DNA of 64,000 bases from an uncultured Actinomycetota bacterium (GTDB lineage: Bacteria; Actinomycetota; Actinomycetes; Mycobacteriales; Jatrophihabitantaceae), in assembly GCA_963708625.1 (NCBI GenBank), contig CAVPSV010000004.1, positions 321,960-385,959 on the forward strand, read 5' to 3'. The position numbers and the translations under genes were made by a program. Under the pieces are notes generated by a model that had not been told where the DNA came from, ran no database searches, and saw nothing but the letters and a program-made list of their open reading frames with translations. The number at the start of each line of letters is the position of its first letter. Within the stretch, counting starts at the first letter, position 1. Below are positions 40,292-49,835 of the stretch, piece after piece.

Positions 40292-41080
40292 TCAGCCCTC
40301 GCTGGTCGCGGCCTGTCCGTACTCGACGCGGGTCGCGATGTCGCGCAGGTGGCCGGCGAAGCCGATCGAGGTTCGGCCGGCGCGGCGCGCCGAGGTACAC
40401 ACCGCAACATCCATTGCCCACGTCACGGGGATACCGGCCGCCTGCGCGCGCCGGATGAGATCGACGTCTTCCTCGTGCGGTACGGCTCGGAACCCGTCCA
40501 GGGCCAGATAGGTGTCGGCGCGAATGCCGAGGTTCGCGCCGTGGATGTGGCCGTGGCCGTCCCCGGCCAGGCCGGCCTCGTACTGCTGCCGGTACACGTC
40601 CTCGACGGCCGGTTGCCAGCACGTCCAGTCCTGCACGTCGACGGTGCCGGCGACGATCACGGCGCCGGCTCGAGCGTGCGCGGTGTGGCCGGCGATCCAG
40701 TTGGTCGGGACGAGCGAGTCGGCATCGGTGGTGGCGATCCAGATCGAGGCCGGGTCCACTGGATCCACCGCGCCGAACTCGTCAAGCAGGTGCTGGACGC
40801 CTTCTCGGCGGGCGCCGCCGACCGTGGCGGCAGCAGAGGTCATGCACCGCGAGGGCAGCGAAAGGCTGTCGAGCATGCCCGCGACAACCGCCTCGGACTC
40901 GTCGGTGCAGCTGTCCAGGACCACAACCGTGAGCACGGGAAGCGTCGCGGAGGCGACGGCCGCCGAGAGCGCGCGCAAGCAGCCGGGAAGTGCCAACTCC
41001 TCGTTGCGGGCCGGGACCACGATCCCCACCCGCTCGATGTCCACGCGCGCCGCAGTCATCTCCGCAGGCTCACTCACCAT
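40292..41080 (-). CDS. family-2 glycosyltransferase
   Basis: GIVVPARNEE...VVVLDSCTDES...TTDADS is a GT-A fold DxD region. Confidence 0.6.
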   Translation of the reverse strand: MVSEPAEMTAARVDIERVGIVVPARNEELALPGCLRALSAAVASATLPVLTVVVLDSCTDESEAVVAGMLDSLSLPSRCMTSAAATVGGARREGVQHLLDEFGAVDPVDPASIWIATTDADSLVPTNWIAGHTAHARAGAVIVAGTVDVQDWTCWQPAVEDVYRQQYEAGLAGDGHGHIHGANLGIRADTYLALDGFRAVPHEEDVDLIRRAQAAGIPVTWAMDVAVCTSARRAGRTSIGFAGHLRDIATRVEYGQAATSEG

Positions 41081-41083
41081 GGA

Positions 41084-41335
41084 TCACTGCTCGGCTGCCA
41101 CGCAATGCGCGAGGCTGCTCGGCCGCATGAGTTCCACCCGCCCGTTCGCAAACTGAACCTCGACCTCGCCGGCGGGCGAGATGCCGGCCACCTCGCCGCG
41201 AGTCCCGCGCGCAACCCGAGGCCGGAACAGGCCGACCGCGTAGAGCGCAACGACACAATCGCCGACGCTGAAGGCATCGGGCCGGGGTTCGACGTCGGGC
41301 ATCACGAGCAATATGTGCCCGTAGGTGTCGTCCAA
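41084..41335 (-). CDS. small hypothetical protein (83 aa)
   Basis: ORF only. 4-nt spacing to the GT2 gene. Confidence 0.25.
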   Translation of the reverse strand: MDDTYGHILLVMPDVEPRPDAFSVGDCVVALYAVGLFRPRVARGTRGEVAGISPAGEVEVQFANGRVELMRPSSLAHCVAAEQ

Positions 41336-41419
41336 CTATCCATCGGGGAACGGATGATCGGTTTCCGTGCCGCAACGGGCGGGCAGGGCGGCGGGATCAG
41401 CAGCCGCCCCGGGCCAGGA

Positions 41420-42427
41420 TCAGTCGTAGTGCCGCTCGGTGTTCACCCATTGATCAATGAGCTCCCACTGGCGCTCGAGCCAGGTGCGGATGGCTTGCTC
41501 CTCGCGCGGAACGTCTGCCGCGGGGTGCAGCCACACCCGGATTCGCATGGGTCGAAGGTGCAGCGGCAGCGCTCGCCAGATCTGCCCGGGGTTCACCAGC
41601 CTGTCCAGTCCCGCGTGCGCGACGACGAGCACATCGGTGTCGTTGCGCGCGGACAACGCTGCCACCGTGCCGCCGGGCCGGGGTGGCAGCACGTTGGTGC
41701 GAGCGCGGACGCGATCTGCTTCTCGCCGGCGGCCGGCTCGCAGTAGCCGCACCACGGACCGGCGGTGCCGGCGCGGGGTCCAGTTGCCGCCTTCGGGGAA
41801 GAGCAAGAGGGCGTCGCTCGGCTCCAATTGGCGGCACAGTTCGGCGACGGCCGCGGCGCGGTCCTCGCCCGCGCCCGACGTCGAGGGCAGGAATTCGCAG
41901 TCGAGGCGGGTCAGCACGACGTCCAAGCCGGGGTCCCATTGCAACGCCTGCTTGAGGATGACCCGCGGGTTGCGGTCCAACCGGGTCGTCAGCAGGTGGA
42001 CGAGGGTGAACGAGTCGCCCGGTCCGGCATGGCGGGCCAGCACCACCAGTGGTCGGTCGTGCTGGGCCAGCGGTTGGCTGCCGACGAACTGCACGTCGTA
42101 GCCGAGCAGCGCGTGCGCGGCAGCCAGTAGTCGGGTCAGGGTACGAGCCAGCAGGGCGGAATGCCGCTCCCGCCACTGCAGCTCGTCGCGATCAGCGTTG
42201 GGATAGCGCAGCCACAGCCAGGTGCAGCCGAGCAGCAACCGTAGATCCAGGTACAGGTACACAGCGCCCAGCAGCGCGACGCGCAGCACGCGGCGCCTTC
42301 GGGTGAACGGCGCGAGCACCGCAGCTACCAGCGCCGTCGCGAGGAGCAGCAGGCCGAGCGCGATCGCCAGCGGGATCCAGAGTGGGTCAATGGCCAGGCG
42401 GCGGATCGCTCGGGGCGGCACCTTCAC
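41420..42427 (-). CDS. PlsC-family lysophospholipid acyltransferase with N-terminal TM segments
   Basis: HxxxxD motif (LARHAGPGDS) and downstream PEGG-like region (LFPEGGNWTP). Confidence 0.6.
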   Translation of the reverse strand: MKVPPRAIRRLAIDPLWIPLAIALGLLLLATALVAAVLAPFTRRRRVLRVALLGAVYLYLDLRLLLGCTWLWLRYPNADRDELQWRERHSALLARTLTRLLAAAHALLGYDVQFVGSQPLAQHDRPLVVLARHAGPGDSFTLVHLLTTRLDRNPRVILKQALQWDPGLDVVLTRLDCEFLPSTSGAGEDRAAAVAELCRQLEPSDALLLFPEGGNWTPRRHRRSVVRLLRAGRRREADRVRARTNVLPPRPGGTVAALSARNDTDVLVVAHAGLDRLVNPGQIWRALPLHLRPMRIRVWLHPAADVPREEQAIRTWLERQWELIDQWVNTERHYD

Positions 42428-43262
42428 CTAGCTGTCGACCGTCTCGACGCCATCCAGGTAGCGCATGGAAGCCCGGTAGGCGGCGTCGATCCGTGCGGTC
42501 ACCCCGCGGGTGCTTCGGTAGCGCACATTGACCGACGGTGTCGCGCCACCGCCGGTCGGCAACACGTGCACCTCGACACCGGCGGGCAACCGGCTCATCT
42601 CTTCCACGAACCGGTGCCGGCGCGCGATCTCGAATGCCACCAGGGCAACCTCCCACGGCCACCTCGGCGGGCGCAGCGGCTGTTCGATCCGACCCACGTG
42701 CAGGACGAAGATCCGCTCTGCGCCCAACTCGACGGCTCGCCCGACCGGGATGGAGTGCACCAGCCCGCCGTCGAAGAAGTGTTCTTCCCCCACTCGCTGC
42801 GGCCGGAAACAGGCCAGGCACCGCACAGGAAGCAACGACGGCATCCGCGAGCGAGCCCTCGCTGAACCAATGTGCAGCGGAACGCTCGATGCTCGCGGCC
42901 ACGCATTCGAAATGGATCGGGAGCTCCTCGAACCGTTGCACCGGCAATCGCTGCCGAATCAATTGCCGCAACGGCTCGGCCGACTGCAGGTGCGTGCGAT
43001 GCCTGGCCAGCCGGGCAGCTTGGGACATGACCGAGTCGGCGAAGACGCCCGCTTCGGAGAACGAGGACCACAATTCACGAAGCACCTGCACCGACGCGGT
43101 GGACAGGCCCGTTGCGATCATTGCTCCGTTGACCGCGCCGACGCTCGCGCCGACCACCAGATCCGGACGAACGTCGCGCTCGGCCAACGCCGCCAACATG
43201 CCCACCTGCGCCGAACCGAGAACGCCGCCGCCACCGAGCACCAGGGCGGTTCGGCGAGCCAT
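42428..43262 (-). pseudogene. patatin-like phospholipase, frameshift near 42850
   Basis: GGGVLGSAQVGML...GASVGAVNGA (Gly-rich region and GxSxG Ser) in the 42387..43262 frame. C-terminal DGG motif region EHFFDGGLVHSIPV in the 42428..42844 frame. Confidence 0.7.
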
Positions 43263-43354
43263 CCTCGCAGGATATCGACGCGGTGCCCGCGGGGTAGCCG
43301 ATCGCTGACCCGCACCGTTTGACCCGGCGCCCGGTGGGTAAGCCGTTTGGCATG

Positions 43355-43915
43355 GGCAATGAACTCAACGGAAAGAAGATCGCGTTTCTGGTCGCGAACG
43401 AGGGCGTCGAAGAGGTGGAACTCACCTCGCCATGGGATGCCGTGCAGCGCGCCGGCGGTGAGCCGGTCCTGATAGCTCCGAAGACCGGCGACGTGCAGAC
43501 GTTCAACCACCTGGACAAGAGCGACGTCTATCAAGCCACCGTGCAAACCGGCGAACTCGACGTGGCGGCCTACGACGGTGTGGTCCTGCCGGGTGGCGTC
43601 GCCAATCCCGACCAGCTACGCACCGACGACGCCGCGGTGTCATTCCTGCGGCAGTGGACGCGGGCCGGCAAGCCGATCGCCGCGATCTGCCACGGACCGT
43701 GGACGCTCGTCGAGGCAGATGCCGTCCGAGGCAAGACCTTGACCAGCTGGCCGAGCCTGAAGACCGACATCCGCAACGCCGGTGGTGAGTGGGTGGACGA
43801 GCAGGTGTCTCGCTGCGAGGCCGGCGACTACACCCTCATCACCAGCCGCAAACCCGATGATCTCGAGGAATTCGACAAGGCGCTCGTGGATCTGTTCGGG
43901 CGCCGCGTCGACTAG
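43355..43915 (+). CDS. DJ-1/PfpI-family protein
   Basis: KIAFLVANEGVEEVEL...AICHGPW (nucleophile Cys elbow). Confidence 0.75.
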   Translation, partial: GNELNGKKIAFLVANEGVEEVELTSPWDAVQRAGGEPVLIAPKTGDVQTFNHLDKSDVYQATVQTGELDVAAYDGVVLPGGVANPDQLRTDDAAVSFLRQWTRAGKPIAAICHGPWTLVEADAVRGKTLTSWPSLKTDIRNAGGEWVDEQVSRCEAGDYTLITSRKPDDLEEFDKALVDLFGRRVD

Positions 43916-45512
43916 TAGCGGTTCAGCCAGCGATCCAACGGTCGCCGGCCATCCGGGTCGTACATCGTTCGGTACAGCGGCGTCGCCCAGGCACGAGTTC
44001 GTGCTGGCAGGTGCGCCGATGGCAGCGGTCGTAGTTGCCCGGCCGGACGCGGACTCGTGCCCTCCCCCGCCGCCCAGCGCTCGAGTCGTTCGGCGGCGTC
44101 GGCGAATGCGGTGAATGTCGTCTCCGGATCCGCCAGGTCGATCTCGTCCTGCTCGGACAGGCCCAAGTGTTCGCGCGCGAGCGCGACGCGCAGATCTCGG
44201 GCGTACGCCCGCGGCTCGTCCGCGTCCGAGCTTCCTCCGCTGTGCGCACCGGCAGGGGTGTGGTCCCAGATCGAGGCGGTGAGTTCGGAGTCGTGCGTCC
44301 AGGAGCGTCGATTGAAGTTGTCCGATCCGGTGGTGGCCCACACGTCGTCGATGACGCACACCTTGGCGTGCACGTAGATCGGCGTGCCGGCTCGGTTCTC
44401 GATGCCGTACACACCCACCCGGCCTGGCGCAGCGGCGAGGATCGAGGCCAGCGCGGCCGCGCGACCGACGAGGTTCGGCGGCATCGCGACCTTGCCGTCC
44501 TGATCGGGGTGCAGCGGCAAGACGGCGATCATCCGGAGTTCGGACTGTTTGCGCAAGGCATCGGCGATGCACGTCGCGACCTCACGTGACCACAGGTACT
44601 GGTCCTCGATGTAGATCAGCCGGCGCGCTTGCCGCATCGCCTTGACGTAGCCACGCGCCACGCTTCGCTCCCCACGTGGCGCGAACTGGTACCCACCCAG
44701 CCGCGGCGGATACGTGCGTAGCAGCTGCACCGAATGCGAGCCGCTGGCAGTCGGTGCCGGTGCCCGGGGCGGCAGCGGCGCTCGCGCGTCGTCGTCGGAA
44801 CGAAGGCGATCGGCCAGGATGTGCAACGGGTTGCGCGTGAGGGGTTGGGGGTCGCTCCATCGTTCGCGGAACACGGTTTCGACGGCCGCGACAGCGGGCC
44901 CCTGGATCGCGAGCTGCACGTCGTGCCAGGGTGGCCGCGGTCCGTACACCGCTGCCATCGGCTGGGCCTGCGGGTCGCCGTGGTGGTCGGCGTCGTCGCG
45001 GCGGCTGTGGCACAGGTCGATGCCGCCGAGGAACGCCACGTCGAGCGCCGGCCGCCTGGATGGCGCACGACGACGAACTTCTGATGATGCGAGCCACCGA
45101 CGCGCACCCGCATGTCGAGGACGCAGTGCCCGCCGGCGGCGTTGATCTCCTCGTCCAGGTGCCGGTTTTCCTTCGCCGAGAACTGGAACCGATCGAGATG
45201 TGATCGCCAGACCAAGCCGTACACGCCGACGCCCCGCGCAGCGGCGCGGCACAGCAGCGGCGCTATCTGGGAGTCGCTGTCGCTGGTGAGTTGCTCGTCG
45301 GGATCGCCGCGCCAGTCAGCGAACATGATCGTGTCGCCGGAGCGGGTTCGGGTGATCGTCTCGGCGAGTTCAGCGAAGTACACCGAGCCGTGGATGAGTG
45401 GACGGACGTGGTTGCCGTCGCTCCACGCGGTACCGGGTGCGGCGTCGTCGTCGAGCACGGTCGCGGGGTTTCCCCGCTCGGCTCGACTGAGCATCCAGTC
45501 CTGTATCGGCAT
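43912..45512 (-). pseudogene. phospholipase D / cardiolipin-synthase-like protein with two HKD motifs, frameshift near 45050
   Basis: HKD-1 HHQKFVVV in the 44616..45512 frame. HKD-2 HAKVCVIDDVWATTGSDNFNRRS in the 43912..45252 frame. Confidence 0.75.
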
Positions 45513-45604
45513 CCCTTCTGCCTACAGGGGGCACACACGGCTGACAATGAGACCGCGAGCTTTACCGCCGTTTGACGCGCCGATCGGCGGGGTAGGTCAC
45601 ACCC

Positions 45605-46423
45605 GTGACGACCCTCGCGGCCTCTACCCGCCGGGCGGCGCGCGGTCCGCTGGTCGCGTCCGCAGCGCACCTGGGCCTGGCCACGCGCGGCGTGCTGTAC
45701 CTGGTGATCGCGTGGCTGGCCGGCAGCATCGCGCTGGGTCACACCCGGCAGCAGGCGAATCAGAAGGGGGCCATCGCCACGCTCGCCGGGCATCGGGGTG
45801 GCTCGGTCACCCTGTGGATTCTCGGGCTTGGCCTGGCCGCATACTCCTTCTGGCGGCTGACCGAGGCGGTCGTCGGCACGGCCGCCGAGGGACGAAAGCT
45901 CGGACCACGAGTGCAATCCTTGGTGCGCGCGCTCAGCTACGCCGCGTTTGCGGTCATCGCGTTCCAGTTCGTGTTGGGCGCGCACGGGCAGGGTCAGGAT
46001 CAGCAGCAGCAGTCCGCGACGGCCCGATTGATCAGGCACCCGTCGGGTCGGCTGCTCGTCGGCGCGATCGGGGTCGTCGTCGTCGCGATCGGGCTGTGGA
46101 TGATCGCCGACGGGTTGCGCAAGCGGTTCGTCCGCGAGTTACGGGTGCAGGAACTGCCGCGAAGCACGCGAGAGCTCGTGATAGTCCTCGGCGTAGTCGG
46201 CAATACCGCGCGAGGCGCAGTCTTCGCGCTGGCCGGCTGGCTCGCGCTCGACGCCGCGATGACCAGCCACCCCGACAAGTCCGCAGGCCTGGACGGAGCT
46301 TTGCGCACGCTCGCGAACCGTCCGTACGGGCCACTACTGCTGCTCGCGGTCGCAGCGGGTCTGTTCGCGTTCGGGCTGTACGGGCTGGCGGCTGCGCGGT
46401 GGGCCAAGGTCCAGCCACGCTGA
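45605..46423 (+). CDS. DUF1206-family membrane protein
   Basis: Repeated Trp-containing TM modules (GVLYLVIAWLAG...LWILGLGLAAYSFWRL...). Confidence 0.55.
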   Translation: MTTLAASTRRAARGPLVASAAHLGLATRGVLYLVIAWLAGSIALGHTRQQANQKGAIATLAGHRGGSVTLWILGLGLAAYSFWRLTEAVVGTAAEGRKLGPRVQSLVRALSYAAFAVIAFQFVLGAHGQGQDQQQQSATARLIRHPSGRLLVGAIGVVVVAIGLWMIADGLRKRFVRELRVQELPRSTRELVIVLGVVGNTARGAVFALAGWLALDAAMTSHPDKSAGLDGALRTLANRPYGPLLLLAVAAGLFAFGLYGLAAARWAKVQPR

Positions 46424-46480
46424 TCACGCCGCGAGCGAACGACCGGTGACATCGCGGCGGGCCACTGGGACGCTCGCGGG

Positions 46481-47158
46481 GTGAAGCCGACCTTGGTGCT
46501 GATCCCTAGTCCGCTACTGGGACCCGCGACCTGGGAGCCGGTAGCGGGCGCATTGGCACGGCTCGGGCAGTCGGTGCGGGTGCCGGGCCTGGCGGGCGTA
46601 TCGCGTGCTGCGCCGCCGTATTGGCCGGCCGGCGTTGACGCGATCGCGCGTTCGGTCGGGAACGAGCCGGCCGTTCTCGTTCCGCACAGCAACTCCGGGC
46701 TGTATATGCCCGCCGTGGTGGACGCGCTCGGCGACCGGATCCGTGGCGTGGTCTTCGTCGACGCTGCTTTGCCAGGCGCGGGTTACTACGCGCAGCGGGA
46801 TTTCTTGAATACGTTGGCAGACGCGGACGGGCGGCTGCCGGTGTGGACGTCGTGGTGGGACCAGTCCGACGTCGCCGAGCTCTTTCCGAACGCTCAGGTG
46901 CAGGCCCGGGTGCAGGCCGAGCAGGCGCGGATGCCACTTGCCTACTACGACCACCTGCCGCCCGCTCCGGATCCGTGGCACGGGCCGCCGTGCGGGTTCA
47001 TCTGGTTCGCCGAACCGTACGATTCCGGCGCCGAACAGGCGTCTGCGCACGGCTGGCCCACCAAGCAGGTTCCGGGCAGGCATTTGCACATGCTCCTCGA
47101 CCCGGCGGCGGTGGCCGCAGCCGTAGTCGAGATGGCCGGCCTGCTGAGCCGCGGCTGA
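46481..47158 (+). CDS. alpha/beta hydrolase
   Basis: Nucleophile elbow HSNSG, ~225 aa. Confidence 0.55.
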   Translation: MKPTLVLIPSPLLGPATWEPVAGALARLGQSVRVPGLAGVSRAAPPYWPAGVDAIARSVGNEPAVLVPHSNSGLYMPAVVDALGDRIRGVVFVDAALPGAGYYAQRDFLNTLADADGRLPVWTSWWDQSDVAELFPNAQVQARVQAEQARMPLAYYDHLPPAPDPWHGPPCGFIWFAEPYDSGAEQASAHGWPTKQVPGRHLHMLLDPAAVAAAVVEMAGLLSRG

Positions 47159-47276
47159 TGATCGCCGGTGTTGACAGGGGCGGTCCGGCTGACTTAGATA
47201 CGTGGCTGCAGAGATCGCAACATCACGCTTTGCCCAGTAAGTGATTCGTCCGAGGCTCGACCATCGTCGGAGGATG

Positions 47277-47486
47277 ACCATGAGCATGGCTGTATCGACC
47301 TCGCGCGTGCCATGTCCGGCATGTGGCGCCAGCGCCACCCTGACTGTGCGTACAGCCTTCGGCACCGGCAATGAGTCCAGCTCGATGTCGCTGGCTTGTG
47401 ACAATGGCTGCCAGCCCGATGATGGCGAACTCGCCGCGCATTTTCCTGGTCCGCAGACGCTGGTCGAGGCTATGGAACCGGAGTGA
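47277..47486 (+). CDS. small Cys-containing hypothetical protein
   Basis: GGAGG RBS. CPACG...CDNGC pattern. Candidate TTGACA-N17-TTAGAT promoter at 47171-47199. Confidence 0.25.
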   Translation, partial: TMSMAVSTSRVPCPACGASATLTVRTAFGTGNESSSMSLACDNGCQPDDGELAAHFPGPQTLVEAMEPE

Positions 47487-47501
47487 CGTTATAGCGCCAG
47501 A

Positions 47502-47927
47502 TCAACGGAGACTGCAGGGCAATTCGGTCGTGTAACTCGGGTCGCACTGCAGGTGGGCCCACACCGTGGTGCGCTTGTCGGGCTCACGCGTCACCCCCCA
47601 CGAGGTCGTCAGGACTTCGACGATCTGCAGCCCGCGACCACTCGTTTCGTGCGCATCCGGCCGCCGCGGGATCGGCCAGCCGTTGGCGTCGTCGGTGACG
47701 GCGACTTCGATCCGATCGTGATGAAGCTCCAGCACCAACTCGACCGCGTGAGCTCCGGCGCGGACCGCGTTCGCAACCAGTTCGTCGGCCACCAGCGCGG
47801 TGTCCTCGACCAATTCGGTAGGGGGGAGAGTAATCGCGTCGCGAATTACCTCAGTTGCGGCGTAGCGCGCCGCCCGCACCGTGGCTGCATCGACGCCCGC
47901 GAAGCGGCGCAACGCACGTTGACACAT
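47502..47927 (-). CDS. anti-sigma regulatory factor (RsbW-like Ser/Thr kinase, HATPase_c)
   Basis: ELVANAVRAG...DDANGWP is an N-box/G-box-like GHKL fold, 141 aa. Confidence 0.65.
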   Translation of the reverse strand: MCQRALRRFAGVDAATVRAARYAATEVIRDAITLPPTELVEDTALVADELVANAVRAGAHAVELVLELHHDRIEVAVTDDANGWPIPRRPDAHETSGRGLQIVEVLTTSWGVTREPDKRTTVWAHLQCDPSYTTELPCSLR

Positions 47928-48127
47928 ATGTGCACCACCCGACGATGTCGAAACCGACCAAATCCGTCATTCTCACCATCAGCTATACCCGCTGACCTGC
48001 CGTGCCACACCCCACCGGAGATCAAGTTCCGAACAACCGGATGGCCGCCGGGCTGCTCGCCCTCGAGCCAACCGGCAGGCAGGGTCTAGCTCACCGTTGA
48101 GCCGTTCGAAGGAGCAGAATCGACGAC

Positions 48128-48448
48128 ATGGCCGAGCAACCGACCAAAGCCGAACTAGCCGCACGGATCGATGAACTCAATCAGGCGGCCATCGTCGATC
48201 ACGAGATCATCGCCCATCTTGAGCAGGAAGGCGTGATCGACCGCGACAAGATCGCCAACATGGAGGTGGCGCTCGTGACATGCCGCCGAATCGGTGCCGC
48301 GATGGGCATTCTCATGGCGTCGATGAAGCTGACCGAAGATGCCGCGTTCGATCTGCTGCGGGTCACCAGTCAGCACACCCACCGCAAGCTGCGCGAGATC
48401 GCTGAGAGTGTGGTCCTCACCGGGACGGTCGAACCGCCGCCAGGCTGA
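48128..48448 (+). CDS. ANTAR-domain RNA-binding regulator
   Basis: IIAHLEQEGVIDRDKIANMEVALVTCRRIGAAMGILMASMKLTEDAAFDLLRVTSQHTHRKLREIAE matches the ANTAR consensus. Confidence 0.65.
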   Translation: MAEQPTKAELAARIDELNQAAIVDHEIIAHLEQEGVIDRDKIANMEVALVTCRRIGAAMGILMASMKLTEDAAFDLLRVTSQHTHRKLREIAESVVLTGTVEPPPG

Positions 48449-48525
48449 ATTTCTTGCGACGACGACGCACCGCGTCACCCGCACCCGGCCAGCGGGGCGA
48501 TGCCTTCGACGATCTAGGCGGATGG

Positions 48526-48867
48526 CTACGCGATGCGTTCGTTATCGCTCGGGGTGATATCGAACTCGCCCAGCAGGCCCGTTATCGCAATGACCTTCCG
48601 GACCCGCGGATGGACCGCGCGCAGTTCTACCCGCTGCCCCTGGCGTGCCGCGGCGTTGCGGATCTCGATCAACGCGCCCAGCCCGGTCGAGTCCATGAAC
48701 TGCACGTCTGTCAGGTCGATGACGAGGCGGCGGCCGTTGTCGAGGGATTCCATCGCGAGTCGACCCACCGCGGCCAGGTCGTCGGCGTGTTCGATGTCGA
48801 TGTCACCCGACACCGCGACCACGCACGCCGCAGCGTCGCCATTCAGTTCGATTGCAAAGCCAGACAT
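48526..48867 (-). CDS. STAS-domain anti-sigma-factor antagonist
   Basis: VIDLTDVQFMDSTGLGALI with the phosphorylatable Ser in the DST motif. Confidence 0.75.
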   Translation of the reverse strand: MSGFAIELNGDAAACVVAVSGDIDIEHADDLAAVGRLAMESLDNGRRLVIDLTDVQFMDSTGLGALIEIRNAAARQGQRVELRAVHPRVRKVIAITGLLGEFDITPSDNERIA

Positions 48868-49007
48868 TGTTCGTGCCCCCGTTGCACCTGCCGGCCCTGG
48901 CTACCGGTTGAGCCGAGCGGAAGCATACGTCCGCTTGAACAAAATGCAACCGAGCCGCGGGGCTGTTCGCTAGTGGCTCCCTATTGGCCCGGATACCGAG
49001 TGGCGAG

Positions 49008-49051
49008 TTGACATGCACATGACCTACGTGCTTACGCACATGACCTATGTA
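49008..49051 (+). promoter_or_regulatory. TTGACA -35-like hexamer followed by two direct repeats CACATGACCTA(C/T)GT(G/A) spaced 21 bp, overlapping the deoR start
   Basis: ttgacatgCACATGACCTACGTGcttacgCACATGACCTATGTAcg, read directly. Candidate DeoR operator/promoter. Confidence 0.35.
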
Positions 49052-49820
49052 CGATCAAGACATGGAGGCTGTCGAGCGGGTGAGCCGGCTGGTGGACGCA
49101 TTGCGGCGCGACGGCCGCGTCGAGGTGGCGACGGCGGCGGTTGAGTTCGGCGCCGCCGAGATGACCATCCGCCGCGACCTCGATCAGCTGGTGGCGCGCG
49201 GTGTGGCGCGTCGCGTGCGCGGCGGGGCGATCAACCTGCTGATGCGCGGCGAGGAGCTGCCTTTCGCGATGCGGGAACTCGACGCGGTGGATGCCAAGCG
49301 GCGGATCGCCCGCGTCGTCGCCGATCTGATCGACGACGGCGAGGCGGTCGGCCTGGACAGCGGAACGACGATGGTGGCGGTGGCGGGTGCGATCGCGGCC
49401 AAACGGGTCACGGTAATGCCGCTGTCGTTACACGCCGCCAGCGCGCTGGCTGCCGGAACGGGAGTCCAGTTGATCATGCCGGGCGGGGCATGCCGGCCCG
49501 GCGAGCTAGCGATGGTGGGCCCACTGGCCCTGGCCAGCATCGCCGCGGTCCGGTTCGACACGGTGGTCATCGGCTGCTGCGGGGTATCCGCCGAGGGACA
49601 CGTGCTGGCTCATGATCTCGGCGATGCCGCGGTGAAGCAGGCGCTGCTCGCTTCGGCCAATCGCAGCGTGCTCGCGCTCGACGGAGCCAAGTTCGGCCGG
49701 GGGGCGCTGGCCGTCGTGCAAGAGGTTTCGACGTTCGATGTCGTTGTCACCGACGACGCCGCGCCGGAGAACGTGCTCGCCCGGCTGCGCGCCGACGGTG
49801 TCGAGGTGCACCGTGCCTGA
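49047..49820 (+). CDS. DeoR-family transcriptional regulator
   Basis: N-terminal HTH (VEVATAAVEFGAAEMTIRRDLDQL) plus C-terminal sugar-phosphate-binding DeoR_C domain. Confidence 0.8.
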   Translation: MYDQDMEAVERVSRLVDALRRDGRVEVATAAVEFGAAEMTIRRDLDQLVARGVARRVRGGAINLLMRGEELPFAMRELDAVDAKRRIARVVADLIDDGEAVGLDSGTTMVAVAGAIAAKRVTVMPLSLHAASALAAGTGVQLIMPGGACRPGELAMVGPLALASIAAVRFDTVVIGCCGVSAEGHVLAHDLGDAAVKQALLASANRSVLALDGAKFGRGALAVVQEVSTFDVVVTDDAAPENVLARLRADGVEVHRA

Positions 49821-49835
49821 GTCAATCGTTTCGTC

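Noticed and set aside
45112-46449. 445-aa plus-strand ORF overlapping the PLD gene and the DUF1206 gene
   Set aside because: Out-of-frame read-through (Arg/Ala/Gly-rich) spanning two real genes on different strands and frames.
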